From IMG/VR virus record IMGVR_UViG_3300032116_022045: a DNA stretch of 64,000 nt, one strand, 5' to 3'. Position 1 is the stretch's first letter. Every line of letters begins with the position of its first letter. The notes beneath the pieces are model-generated. The model was not told the origin of the DNA. It searched no databases and saw only the letters and a program-made list of their open reading frames with translations. Below, piece after piece: positions 52,979-62,959 of this stretch. Both the position numbers and the translations under genes were made by a program. The DNA is from a virus. Its lineage: Duplodnaviria > Caudoviricetes.

Positions 52979-53899
52979 TTAATTTGTGGCGAAAATTAAT
53001 TCATGTGCCTTGGCGTTCATTTCACTTGCTGAAGCATAAAGTAATTTTTCAATGTTACCCTTTGCAAGTTCATGAGTAGTATATCGAGTAATACCCTGTA
53101 ATAGGCTGAAAGCATTATTACCTGTATTTTGCATCTCAATAGCAATTGAGTTATTTACAGAATCTAAGATATTACGGGAACGAGTGGTAAGGTCTGAATA
53201 AGCCTTAACATCATACCCTGTAAGTTTAGTTAAAAACTTATCAATATCGGATTGAGTAATTTGCTTTAAGGTAGCATCATTCAAACAATTAACATAATTT
53301 TCAGTCATTGAAATAACTTTGAAAATTTCATCTGTGAATGTCATCACCTTTGCTTGGTTTTTTGTTGTATTTTTCATAGAAATAGCAACATCCTTTTGCC
53401 AATTTTTTGCACCATTGGTGCACCATAGGCGAAGAGCATAGAACCCTAATGAAATTTTTGTCATACCATCAAATCCTGTACGAAATTCCAAAGCGGTTTC
53501 AAGGGTATCACCTACCATAGGAGTTTTAATTTCATATTTTTTCAAAGGTAATCTGAAAACAACCTTACCACCACCATAGTATTCATGATATGTTAATTTA
53601 TTCAAATCAACATCAGCATTTGAACTAAGGACTGAATGTTCAATTGCATCTAAAAACAATTGAAGATTCATTGGTTCAAATACATCCCCAACGATACCTA
53701 ACGCATCACCACCCGTATTTTTGTAAATACCGAATGATTTAGGTGAATTAAATCCCTCCATACCTGTATGAAGTTGGATTTTTTTAGCGGTTAATACCTG
53801 ACTTTTCAGGTTATTAATGTGGTTTCCGCTTGACTGAATGTTAGTTAAAATGTCCATGTGTTTATTTTGATTAGAGTTAAACATGGCACAAAGATACAA
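52979..53899 (-). CDS. DUF932/DUF945-family phage protein
   Basis: LGIVGDVFEPMN...GFDGMTKIS...LRLWCTNG...GNNAFSLLQGITRYTTH. Confidence 0.75.
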   Translation of the reverse strand: MYLCAMFNSNQNKHMDILTNIQSSGNHINNLKSQVLTAKKIQLHTGMEGFNSPKSFGIYKNTGGDALGIVGDVFEPMNLQLFLDAIEHSVLSSNADVDLNKLTYHEYYGGGKVVFRLPLKKYEIKTPMVGDTLETALEFRTGFDGMTKISLGFYALRLWCTNGAKNWQKDVAISMKNTTKNQAKVMTFTDEIFKVISMTENYVNCLNDATLKQITQSDIDKFLTKLTGYDVKAYSDLTTRSRNILDSVNNSIAIEMQNTGNNAFSLLQGITRYTTHELAKGNIEKLLYASASEMNAKAHELIFATN

Positions 53900-53986
53900 C
53901 CATTTTTTTAATTAGCAATACCCTAACAAACTTTTTTTTAATTAATTTAGAAATTTAGAATCATTCTAAATAAAAAGACCCTTTAC

Positions 53987-54066
53987 TATATATATATATA
54001 TATATATATAATAAAGGGAATCTACCAGCATGAATCTACCAGCATGAATCTACCAGCATGAATCTA
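53987..54066. repeat. (TA)n microsatellite followed by 3.5 copies of the 14-mer GAATCTACCAGCAT
   Basis: Read directly from the sequence. Confidence 0.9.
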
Positions 54067-54593
54067 ATTGTTTTTTAATTAAAATAAAATAACCTGAATC
54101 GACTTAATTTAAATAAGTTAATTCAGGTTAGATTAAAGATATGAAAGTTAATTAATACTATTTTGTTTTTAATGGTAAATCTTCCCATGATTTAATTAGC
54201 ATTTTTTCTCCGTTTATTCTAGGATATAGTGAGCATGATTCCATACCAACACCAATTATTATTTTATCTAAATCTATATTAGTAAGATTAGGATAATCTA
54301 AATCTTTAATTTTACCTTCATTGTTAATAAGTAAAACAATTAATTGAAGTTTATAAAGCTCTAGTGTTTCTTTTAGTTTTTTATTTTCTTCAATTAGTTC
54401 ATTTAATTCCTTTGCAAAATCTTTAATATTCATATTTTTTTCTTTAAGTTATTACAAAGGTAAGAAAAGATTTTTTAATCTGCAAAGGTTATTTTAATTA
54501 TTTTTTCAAGTTAATTAAAATAAATGTACACATTTGTGTACTAAAAAAAAGGTAGGTTATTAGCCTACCTTTTTATTTTAATTAGATTATTTG

Positions 54594-55313
54594 TTAATCA
54601 TTCATGATAACAAATCCATTCTTAAGTGCATTCTTGTTTATTATTGAAGCACCTTTATTTGTTGCTTTTTTGTACTTTAAACCAACAACAACACCACTAC
54701 CATCATTAAATCTAAGGTCATTTTCGTCACCATTAATTACTTTAAATCCTTTGTAGGTTTTTGGTAGTTTATTAAATACATAGGCAACATTAAATCCTTT
54801 TTTAAGTAATTTTTCAGCCAGTTTATCATTTGTTTCATCTCTTGAGAAAGTTAAATGATAATTTTTTGGTAAGACCTTTGTAAATCTTTTATGATTTTTT
54901 GTGTAGTCATAAAACTGAATATTCGGAAATAATTCAAATATTGTTTTATCATCAAAGATTTTAACATTTTCAAAAGGAATATCAGAAGTTCCGTTTAATC
55001 TAACTACAGGAATCATATTATCTTTTTTACCTGAAATTTCCAATAATTCAGAATAAAGTTTAAACATGAAAGCCTTTCTGTTAGTTAAAAATAACTCAGT
55101 TCGGTTAATCCTACCTTGTTGAATTTTGGTAAACATACCTCCCATACCTGAAAAGAATAAACAAGCCTCGGAACAACCTTTTGAAGCGTTTGGGCAAAGA
55201 TTTTTACCTTTGGAATTGTTTTTGTAAGGGGAAAGATACATAATATATGTACGATAACCCTTTTTTTCGCCTTTGATAGTTTTGGCATTGTTTGTTGAAA
55301 GCAAATTACTCAT
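54594..55313 (-). CDS. GP88-family protein (Cys-cluster, radical-SAM-like)
   Basis: CPNASKGCSEACL...RLNGTSDI...QFYDYTK...YHLTFS...GDENDLRF. Confidence 0.75.
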   Translation of the reverse strand: MSNLLSTNNAKTIKGEKKGYRTYIMYLSPYKNNSKGKNLCPNASKGCSEACLFFSGMGGMFTKIQQGRINRTELFLTNRKAFMFKLYSELLEISGKKDNMIPVVRLNGTSDIPFENVKIFDDKTIFELFPNIQFYDYTKNHKRFTKVLPKNYHLTFSRDETNDKLAEKLLKKGFNVAYVFNKLPKTYKGFKVINGDENDLRFNDGSGVVVGLKYKKATNKGASIINKNALKNGFVIMND

Positions 55314-55369
55314 AATGTTTTTTTTTGTTTAATTGTTAAACGACACCACAAAGATAAAACAAAATTTAA

Positions 55370-55996
55370 TTATTTCCAAACAAAACCTGAAAATTCTTTT
55401 TTGCCAAAATGTTTTTTAAAACATATTGAAATAAATTCAACGTGTGATGTCCCCATATCAATATTTTCTATTACCTTAACTCTCTTATTATTTTCATAAT
55501 AACCTATTCTACCACTCATATAATTACGACACTTAGATTGAGTTATCCACTCCTGTTTAACAAAAAATTGAGCAAATGCCCCATTTTTTTTATCGTTTTT
55601 GTAGGTTGTAATATCTGTAATAAAACTATCCCAAAATAACCAAATACCATCTCTTTTACCATTATTAAAAGAGCCTTTAACCGCTATCCCATCAGGGTTT
55701 AATAATGATGTTACACCACGTGTATATTCAAAAAAATCACCACATAAACGACCATTAACCCAATTAGTTTTTTGTCTTAATTGATTATGATGAGTGTATT
55801 CTATCCATTCACCATGTTTTTTACCATTTTCGTAAGTACCCTCTAAAATGGTTGAAATTGTTTTATAGAAATGGTAATTTTCATTAATAATATGGGGAAC
55901 ATATCTCCATTCACCATGTTTTTTACCATTTAAAAAATCACCAAAACCAATAACATTAATTGTTTCTCCATGTGTTTTAAGTTTTTCAATAACCAT
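55370..55996 (-). CDS. MORN-repeat (YwqK-like) protein, divergent
   Basis: GKKHGEW repeats. Confidence 0.7.
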   Translation of the reverse strand: MVIEKLKTHGETINVIGFGDFLNGKKHGEWRYVPHIINENYHFYKTISTILEGTYENGKKHGEWIEYTHHNQLRQKTNWVNGRLCGDFFEYTRGVTSLLNPDGIAVKGSFNNGKRDGIWLFWDSFITDITTYKNDKKNGAFAQFFVKQEWITQSKCRNYMSGRIGYYENNKRVKVIENIDMGTSHVEFISICFKKHFGKKEFSGFVWK

Positions 55997-56120
55997 AATT
56001 AATTTTGTTAATTGTTAAACGATGTCACAAAGATAAAACAAATAATTTATATCTCCAAATAAATTTATAAAAAAAACCCTATCCGTTGCAGATAAGGTTT
56101 TTTTCCTCTTTCGTTTTAAT

Positions 56121-57528
56121 TTATTCTTTTATTCTTAACTTATCCACATCAATACCTAACTTACTTGCAATATCACTTAAAGTTAATTCAATTAACTTTG
56201 GTTCATCAGGATTATAATCAACTTGCTTTCCCATGTCATAATAACCTTTAGACCATAATTGACCATTATCATAATATTCTTCCCATGAACCATGTTTTTT
56301 ACCATTAACGTAGTTACCTTTATAAGATAATTGACCATTAGAATAATAGGATTCACATGAACCATGTCTGTAACCATTTACATAGTTTCCTTTAAAACAT
56401 AATTTACCATTAGACCAATAGTCTTCACAATAACCATGTCTTTGACCATTAACATAGTTCCCTTTAAAATATAATTGACTATTATCATGATAGCCTTCCC
56501 AATAACCATGTCGTTCACCTTTTTCATTATAAAGGTTAATTAAATTTTCTTTTCTGATTTCTGAAGTGTTCATTTCTTTTTTTTTTGTTTATGATGCAAA
56601 GATATAACAAATAATTTAATCTACCAAATTATTTTTTATTCCTTTATTCTTAACTTATCCACATCAATACCTAACTTACTCGCTATTTCATTTAAACTTA
56701 ATTCAATTACCTTTGGTTCATCAGGATTATAATCAACTTGCTTACCCATGTCATAATAAGCTTTATACCATAATTGACCATCAGAAGAATAGGATTCCCA
56801 ATAACCATGTTCATTACCATCTACATAGTTACCTTTATAAAATAATTTACCATTAGACCAATAGTCTTCCCAATAACCATGTCGTTTATCATTAACATAG
56901 TTTCCTTTACACAATAATTGACCATTATCAAAATAGGATTCCCAATAACCATGTAGTTTACCATCAACATAGTTTCCTTTATACCTTAATTGACCATTAG
57001 ACCAATATACTTCCCATAAACCATGTCTTTCACCTTTTTCGTTATAAAGGTTAATTAAATTTTCTTTTCTGATTTCTGAAGTGTTCATTTTTCTTTTTGT
57101 TTATGATACAAAGATAAAACAAAGTTTTGATTCTACCAAATTATTTTTTATTCTTTTATTCTTAACTTATCCACATCAACACCTAACTTACTTGCAATAT
57201 CACTTAAAGTTAATTCAATTAACTTTGGTTCATCAGGATTATAATCAACTTGCTTACCCATGTCATAATAACCTTTATAACATAATTGACCATTATACCA
57301 ATAGTCTTCCCAATAACCATGTTCTTTACCATTAACATAGTTTACTTTATACCATAATTTACCATTAGAATAATATCTTTCCCAATAACCATGTCTTTGA
57401 CCATTAACAAAGTTTCCTTTATAACATAATTGACCATTAGACCAATAGTCTTCCCAATAACCATGTCGTTCACCTTTTTCGTTATAAAGGTTAATTAAAT
57501 TTTCTTTTCTGATTTCTGATGTATTCAT
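56121..57528 (-). CDS. Three MORN-repeat paralogs (56121-56573, 56636-57088, 57148-57528; 4, 4 and 3 repeats)
   Basis: Shared MNTSEIRKENLINLYNEKG N-cap, 24-aa repeats and conserved C-cap. Confidence 0.88.
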
Positions 57529-58196
57529 TTTTCTTTTTGTTTATGATGCAAAGATATAATAAAGTTTTGATATATTCAAAATATTATTTTAATTTTGCCA
57601 ACCATGCTGAATCATTAGTTGTTGCTATTGAAAATAATTCATGTATTTGCTCTTGGGTCATATCTTTTAATCTAAGTTCACCATAACTTTTTAGATATGA
57701 ATCTAAGTTATCATCTTTCCATTCAAGAAGATAATGTCTAATTCTACTTGGTAGTGTTTGGAAATATGTTTGTTGATTTTCCATTTTAATTAATTTGGTT
57801 TATTTCAAGACCTTGTGTTTGATTAATTAAATTTAAATTATCAAAATCTGTTTCGGTTAGATTATATCCATCGAATTCATTTGATGCTTTAATTGCTTTT
57901 TGTTTTTCATCAAAGGCACCTATCAGGTTATATGAATTTTTTGAGTGGTGTTCATCTGTGCTGAATAGGATGTAAATATATTTGTTCATTTTGGTTTAAT
58001 TAAAATGATGTACACATTTGTGTATGTTTTCTGTTGTAGATTTTCTTTGATGGTTTTGTTTTTGTAACCATTTTTCTACGAATAATTTGAGTAATATGTC
58101 TATCGGTCAAACCTTGTTTCCAATCATGTTTCGTTTTCATAATGCAAAGATAAAACAAATATTTGATACCACCAAATAAATTTTAATTTTTTTTGT

Positions 58197-58337
58197 TGTC
58201 AGGACAGGATTCGAACCTGTATGAATTTCTTACATTACCAGCCTATAACGAGTAATTATTCTGCCGTTTCCAAGAGTATTTCTCTATAGTTAAGAACTCT
58301 TTTAACATCAGCGTCTGCTCAATTCCGCCACCTGACT
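58197..58337 (-). ncRNA. tRNA-framed RNA T5 (141 nt)
   Basis: Same frame with a long insert in place of the anticodon/variable arms. Confidence 0.8.
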
Positions 58338-58341
58338 AGGT

Positions 58342-58476
58342 TTAGTTCTTAAATATCGAAATTAGCAAAGAGATTATCTCTAGCCATCCAATTACGCCAA
58401 AGAATATGTAAGGCAATCTGAAATCATCCCATGCTGGTTTCTTGAATAAAAAAATAACTTTTAGAGCTTCTGCCAT
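58342..58476 (-). CDS. 44-aa membrane peptide (MAEALKVIFLFKKPAW...) between tRNA-framed RNAs
   Basis: Manual translation; hydrophobic C-terminal half. Confidence 0.45.
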   Translation of the reverse strand: MAEALKVIFLFKKPAWDDFRLPYIFFGVIGWLEIISLLISIFKN

Positions 58477-58490
58477 AATTTGTTTTTAGT

Positions 58491-58561
58491 AGTCAGGACA
58501 GGATTCGAACCTGTGCATTCATTGATATCATCTCATTGCTCTACCACTGAGCTACCTGACT
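58491..58561 (-). ncRNA. tRNA-framed RNA T6 (71 nt; defective anticodon stem)
   Basis: AGTCAGG-TA-GCTCAGTGGTAGAGC...ACAGGTTCGAATCCTGT-CCTGACT. Confidence 0.8.
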
Positions 58562-58565
58562 GATT

Positions 58566-58655
58566 GAGGATGAGAAGTCCTCCGTGTTGTAGAAGATTAC
58601 ACATCTATTCTTCTCTTTGCATTCCAGTTTCATTCCTTTCTCAAGGGAACAACAC
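58566..58655 (-). ncRNA. Companion structured RNA K1 (kissing-loop candidate)
   Basis: GTGTTG/CAACAC; TTCC-CTTGAGAAA-GGAA; GAGGA-CTTCTCA-TCCTC. Confidence 0.65.
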
Positions 58656-58659
58656 AAGT

Positions 58660-58786
58660 AGTCAGGACAGGATTCGAACCTGTATAAAAGACAAGCAGTT
58701 AGCCCTCACGATTGTAAGAGGGTTAGGGATTATGTCTATTCCCACATTTAACATACCACTGCGTATACCAATTCCGCCACCTGACT
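58660..58786 (-). ncRNA. tRNA-framed RNA T7 (127 nt)
   Basis: Same frame; the insert has two hairpins. Confidence 0.8.
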
Positions 58787-58790
58787 ATTT

Positions 58791-58872
58791 GAGGATGAGA
58801 AGTCCTCTGTGTTGTAGGGTTTCCTCCATTTGCCCTATATGGTATTAAATTCCTTTCTCAAGGGAACAACAC
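58791..58872 (-). ncRNA. Companion structured RNA K2
   Basis: Same ends as K1, different middle. Confidence 0.65.
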
Positions 58873-58906
58873 ATTTCTCAACCATCCACCTGATGAATGA
58901 TTGATA

Positions 58907-59296
58907 TTACTTTTTATCTAAGTCAAAATAATACTCATCTTCTTCTTGCCTATACCACGCACCCGTACACGCATCAACAATCAAACTCGGTAAGCCAAAA
59001 AAGTTTACATAAGGCACAAAACACATCCCGATATTGCCAATCAAATACCCTGGACGAATCTGTCTTTGCGTCTTAATTTGAGCATTCTCATACCCTTCCG
59101 CCTTGACAATGATAGTGTTACGCTTCTTTACAGGAACTTCAGCAGTACAACTTCCCTCTCCTACCTTGTTCCCATTCACATAAACTTTAGCATGGTCAGG
59201 TTTTACATTGATAGTTACTTCCTGCTTCATGCTTGAAGTAATTGTGGCACAGCTTGTTAATAAAGCTAATGCAATAATAGCAAAAATACTTTTCAT
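58907..59296 (-). CDS. PEGA-domain lipoprotein
   Basis: Lipobox LLTSC; VKPDHAKVYVNG and VKAEGY. Confidence 0.75.
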   Translation of the reverse strand: MKSIFAIIALALLTSCATITSSMKQEVTINVKPDHAKVYVNGNKVGEGSCTAEVPVKKRNTIIVKAEGYENAQIKTQRQIRPGYLIGNIGMCFVPYVNFFGLPSLIVDACTGAWYRQEEDEYYFDLDKK

Positions 59297-59603
59297 TTTT
59301 TGTTTTAATTAAAGTGTTAATACTGATTAGCATCGGGTTTTTAAAACCTCAATTTCTTTTTGAATTCTTGTAACTTCAGAATCCGTGAGTTTTACTCTAC
59401 TATCTGTACTTTTACCAGAATCATCTTTAATAGATACTCTTTTAAATCCAGATTGTAACTGATTTTCTAAACGCTCGATTACTCTTTTGCGTCTTGCCTG
59501 TGCAGGCTTTGTCATTGAATGATTTACTCCATTATGTTTTCTCATAACTTTATAGTAATAAAAATTGTTTCTACACTTCTAGGTAGTAGAATTCACCTAT
59601 AGC

Positions 59604-59722
59604 AGTCAGAACAGGATTCGAACCTGTAGTGTAGGGAGTGGAGACCTTCCAACTTTATTATTATAACCTCCACATTCTGTTTTTTTGTTGCCCCATAGCG
59701 TCTACCATTCCGCCACCTGACT
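59604..59722 (-). ncRNA. tRNA-framed RNA T8 (119 nt)
   Basis: Same frame with one G:U variant. Confidence 0.8.
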
Positions 59723-59725
59723 ATT

Positions 59726-59874
59726 TTGTTCCTTATTCTCTTACCACTTTATATCGGAACAAACCTGCTTATCTATCAAAGTGTACTCCAAATACTGACA
59801 CCTGCTTTAGTGGGTGTACCATATACGAATATGACTCCTCTCTGAACAATACGATTTTCTCAAGGGTACAGGTT
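59726..59874 (-). ncRNA. Companion structured RNA K3 (divergent, enlarged)
   Basis: AACCTG/CAGGTT; TACC-CTTGAGAAA...GGTA; directly follows a promoter. Confidence 0.5.
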
Positions 59875-60207
59875 GTTATTTAATTACATAACAAAGATAC
59901 AAATTGTTTTTGAAATAAACAAATTTAAACCTCAATTATTTGACAATAATCAGCCAAATCTACCAAAGGTATTCTACCATAATCTCTTGAAGAATAATAC
60001 CCTTGTTCCTCATAGCGTTTTTTCCATGTTTCAAATGATTCAAACGCTTTTTTTCTTGATGGATATGTTTCATTAAATGAAATTGTGAAACCATCAGGAC
60101 TTAATACATTGTACTTTTTTCGTGCCATTTCCTTTATGTTTTAAATGATGATACAAAGATAAAACAAAGTTTTGATTCTACCAAATTATTTTTTCATTCT
60201 TTTATCC

Positions 60208-61146
60208 TTAACTTATCCACATATTAGCAATATCAGTTAAAGTTAATTCAACTATCTTTGGTTCATCAGGATTATAATCTACTTTCTTACCCATGTCATA
60301 ATAACCTTTAGAACATAATTGACCATTACCCCAATAGGATTCCCATGAACCATGTTCTTTACCATTAACATAGTTTCCTTTATAAGATAATTTACCCGTA
60401 TCATGATATTGTTCCCAATAACCATGTCTGTTATCATTAACATAGTTTCCTTTAGAACTTAATACACCATTAGAAAAATATTCTTCCCAATAACCATGTC
60501 TTTTACCATTAACATAGTTTCCTTTAAACATTAATTGACCATTATTCCAATAGTATTCCCAATAACCATGTTCATTACCATTAACATAGTTTCCTTTAGA
60601 ACTTAATTGACCATTAGAATAATACCATTCCCAATAACCATGTCTGTTATCATTAACAAAGTTTCCTTTACGCCATAATTGACCATTAGGATAATAGTCT
60701 TCCCAATAACCATGTCGTTCACCTTTCTCATTATAAAGGTTAATTAAATTCTCTTTTCTGATTTCTGAAGTGTTCATTTTTCTTTTTGTTTATGATGCAA
60801 AGATATAATAAAGTTTTGATTCTACCAAATTATTTTTTTATTCCTTTAGCCTTAACTTATCCACATCAATCCCTAACTTATTAGCAATATCAGTTAAAGT
60901 TAATTCAATTATCTTTGGTTCATCAGGATTATAATCAACCTGTTCGCCCATGTCATAATAGCATTTATAATATAATTCACCATTAGAAAAATAGAATTCC
61001 CAATAACCATGTAGTTTACCATCAACATAGTTTCCTTTATACCTTAATTGACCATTATTCCAATAGGCTTCCCAATAACCATGTCGTTTACCTTTTTCAT
61101 TATAAAGGTTAATTAAATTCTCTTTTCTGATTTCTGAAGTGTTCAT
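60208..61146 (-). CDS. Two MORN-repeat paralogs (60208-60777 with 6 repeats and a frameshifted C-cap; 60838-61146 with 2 repeats)
   Basis: Same caps; 13-nt deletion (AAGTTAGGGATTG relative to the siblings) in the first. Confidence 0.88.
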
Positions 61147-61275
61147 TTCTTTTTTTCTTTAATGTGTTAAACAATGATACAAAGATATAACAAAGTTTTG
61201 ATTCTACCAAATATTTTTAAAAAAAACCCTATCTTTTTTCAAAGATAAGGCTTCCAACTATGATAGACAAAATTT

Positions 61276-61920
61276 TTAATCTACATCATAGCCTATGAAA
61301 TAATTATCGTTAATTAATAAATAATAATAACCATTACCACAATTCCTAAACTCTTTTGCAAAATACCCTCTAAAATCCCCTTTATCGTCTTTTACAAAAG
61401 AAACTGACCCATCATATCCATTATAATCAAATCGACCTGTGGTGAAGTTATTTTGCTCTTTAATAGCCTGTTTAATTAATTCTTTATAATTGAAACTGAA
61501 TTTCTTTGAAATTGATTCAATACTAACCAAATCACCTGTTATTTTACAACCTGTGGTAATACCATATTGATAAGGTGTTTTCTTACCATCTGCAACCCAT
61601 TCATCAAATGTTTTTGGTAAAGCAATACAATCACGAATAAAATCATTTGTAAAACTCGCTTTTAATGCTTCTTTCCTAAACTTTGAAATAAGTTTAAATG
61701 TTTTTTCATCAATACTCTTTTCAGGTCTTTTCTTAGGTTCAATTAACCTTTCAATTTCACTTTCATGCAAACTCCAACCATACTTTCTACTACCTTTCTT
61801 AAATTGACAAAGAAAACCATTTGTTGAAAAAAATATCCTAACCTTTTCACCATTAGTTAAAATAGCCTCCCTAATCTGACGATTATTAATACCATCACGT
61901 TGTTCTTTACTTAATTCCAT
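61276..61920 (-). CDS. Early hypothetical protein
   Basis: ORF track; own promoter and terminator. Confidence 0.75.
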   Translation of the reverse strand: MELSKEQRDGINNRQIREAILTNGEKVRIFFSTNGFLCQFKKGSRKYGWSLHESEIERLIEPKKRPEKSIDEKTFKLISKFRKEALKASFTNDFIRDCIALPKTFDEWVADGKKTPYQYGITTGCKITGDLVSIESISKKFSFNYKELIKQAIKEQNNFTTGRFDYNGYDGSVSFVKDDKGDFRGYFAKEFRNCGNGYYYLLINDNYFIGYDVD

Positions 61921-61992
61921 GTTTCTTTTCCTTTAATGTGTTAAACGATAAGGCAAAGATAAAACAACTATTTGACACTACCAAATATTTTT

Positions 61993-62959
61993 TTATTCCT
62001 TTATCCTTAACTTATCCACATCAATTCCCAACTTATTAGCAATGTCAGTTAAAGTTAATTCAATTACCTTTGGTTCATCAGGATTATAATCAACCTGTTC
62101 GCCCATGTCATAATATCCTTTATAACATAATTTACCATTAGAAAAATAGTCTTCCCAATAACCATGTTCTTTACCATTAACAAAGTTTCCTTTATAACAT
62201 AATTGACCATTAGAATAATATCTTTCCCAATAACCATGTTTATTACCATTAACAAAGTTTCCTTTATAACATAATTGACCATTAGACCAATAGTCTTCCC
62301 AATAACCATGTTCTTTACCATTAACATAGTTTCCTTTATCACATAATTGACCATTAGAAAAATAGTATTCCCATGAACCATGTCTTTGACCATTAACATA
62401 GTTTCCTTTATAACATAATTGACCATTATCATGATAGAGTTCCCAATAACCATGTCTGTTACCTTTATCATTATAAAGGTTAATTAAATTTTCTTTTCTG
62501 ATTTCTGAAGTGTTCATTTCTCTTTTTTGTTTATAATACAAAGGTAAAACAAATAATTTAATCTACCAAATTATTTTTTTATTCTTTTATCCTTAACTTA
62601 TCCAAATCAATCCCTAACTTATTAGCAATATCACTTAAAGTTAATTCAATTACCTTTGGTTCATCAGGATTATAATCAACTCGTTTCCCCATGTCATAAT
62701 ATCCTTTATAATATAAAGGACCATTATAATAATAGGATTCCCAATAACCATGTCTTTGACCATTAACATAGTTTCCTTTATATGATAATTCACCATTACC
62801 CCAATAGTATTCCCAATAACCATGTTCATTACCATTAACATAGTTTCCTTTATACCATAATTGACCATTAGACCAATAGGATTCCCAATAACCATGTCTT
62901 TCACCTTTTTCGTTATAAAGGTTAATTAAATTTTCTCGTTTGATTTCTGAAGTGTTCAT
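61993..62959 (-). CDS. Two MORN-repeat paralogs (61993-62541 with 5 repeats; 62579-62959 with 3 repeats)
   Basis: Same caps and repeats. Confidence 0.88.

Noticed and set aside
58566-58872. Theta (HDV-like) ribozymes next to tRNAs
   Set aside because: The helix order does not fit the HDV nested double pseudoknot, and the elements sit consistently 5' of the tRNA-like RNAs.
56140-62030. TTATCCACA DnaA boxes inside MORN genes
   Set aside because: They arise from the conserved D-V-D-K codons (GATGTGGATAAG), so they are explained by coding.
1504-62904. Antisense and alternate-frame ORFs in the track (e.g. 1504+, 2224+, 27059+, 36522-, 56192-, 58564+, 59638+, 62064-, 62650-)
   Set aside because: Shadows of real genes, tRNAs or repeats, with no promoters and implausible composition.
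56121-62959. Diversity-generating retroelement acting on the MORN genes
   Set aside because: No reverse transcriptase or non-coding template repeat in the window, and the differences are not confined to adenine positions of one template (e.g. TGG/TAT/CAT). It cannot be excluded genome-wide.
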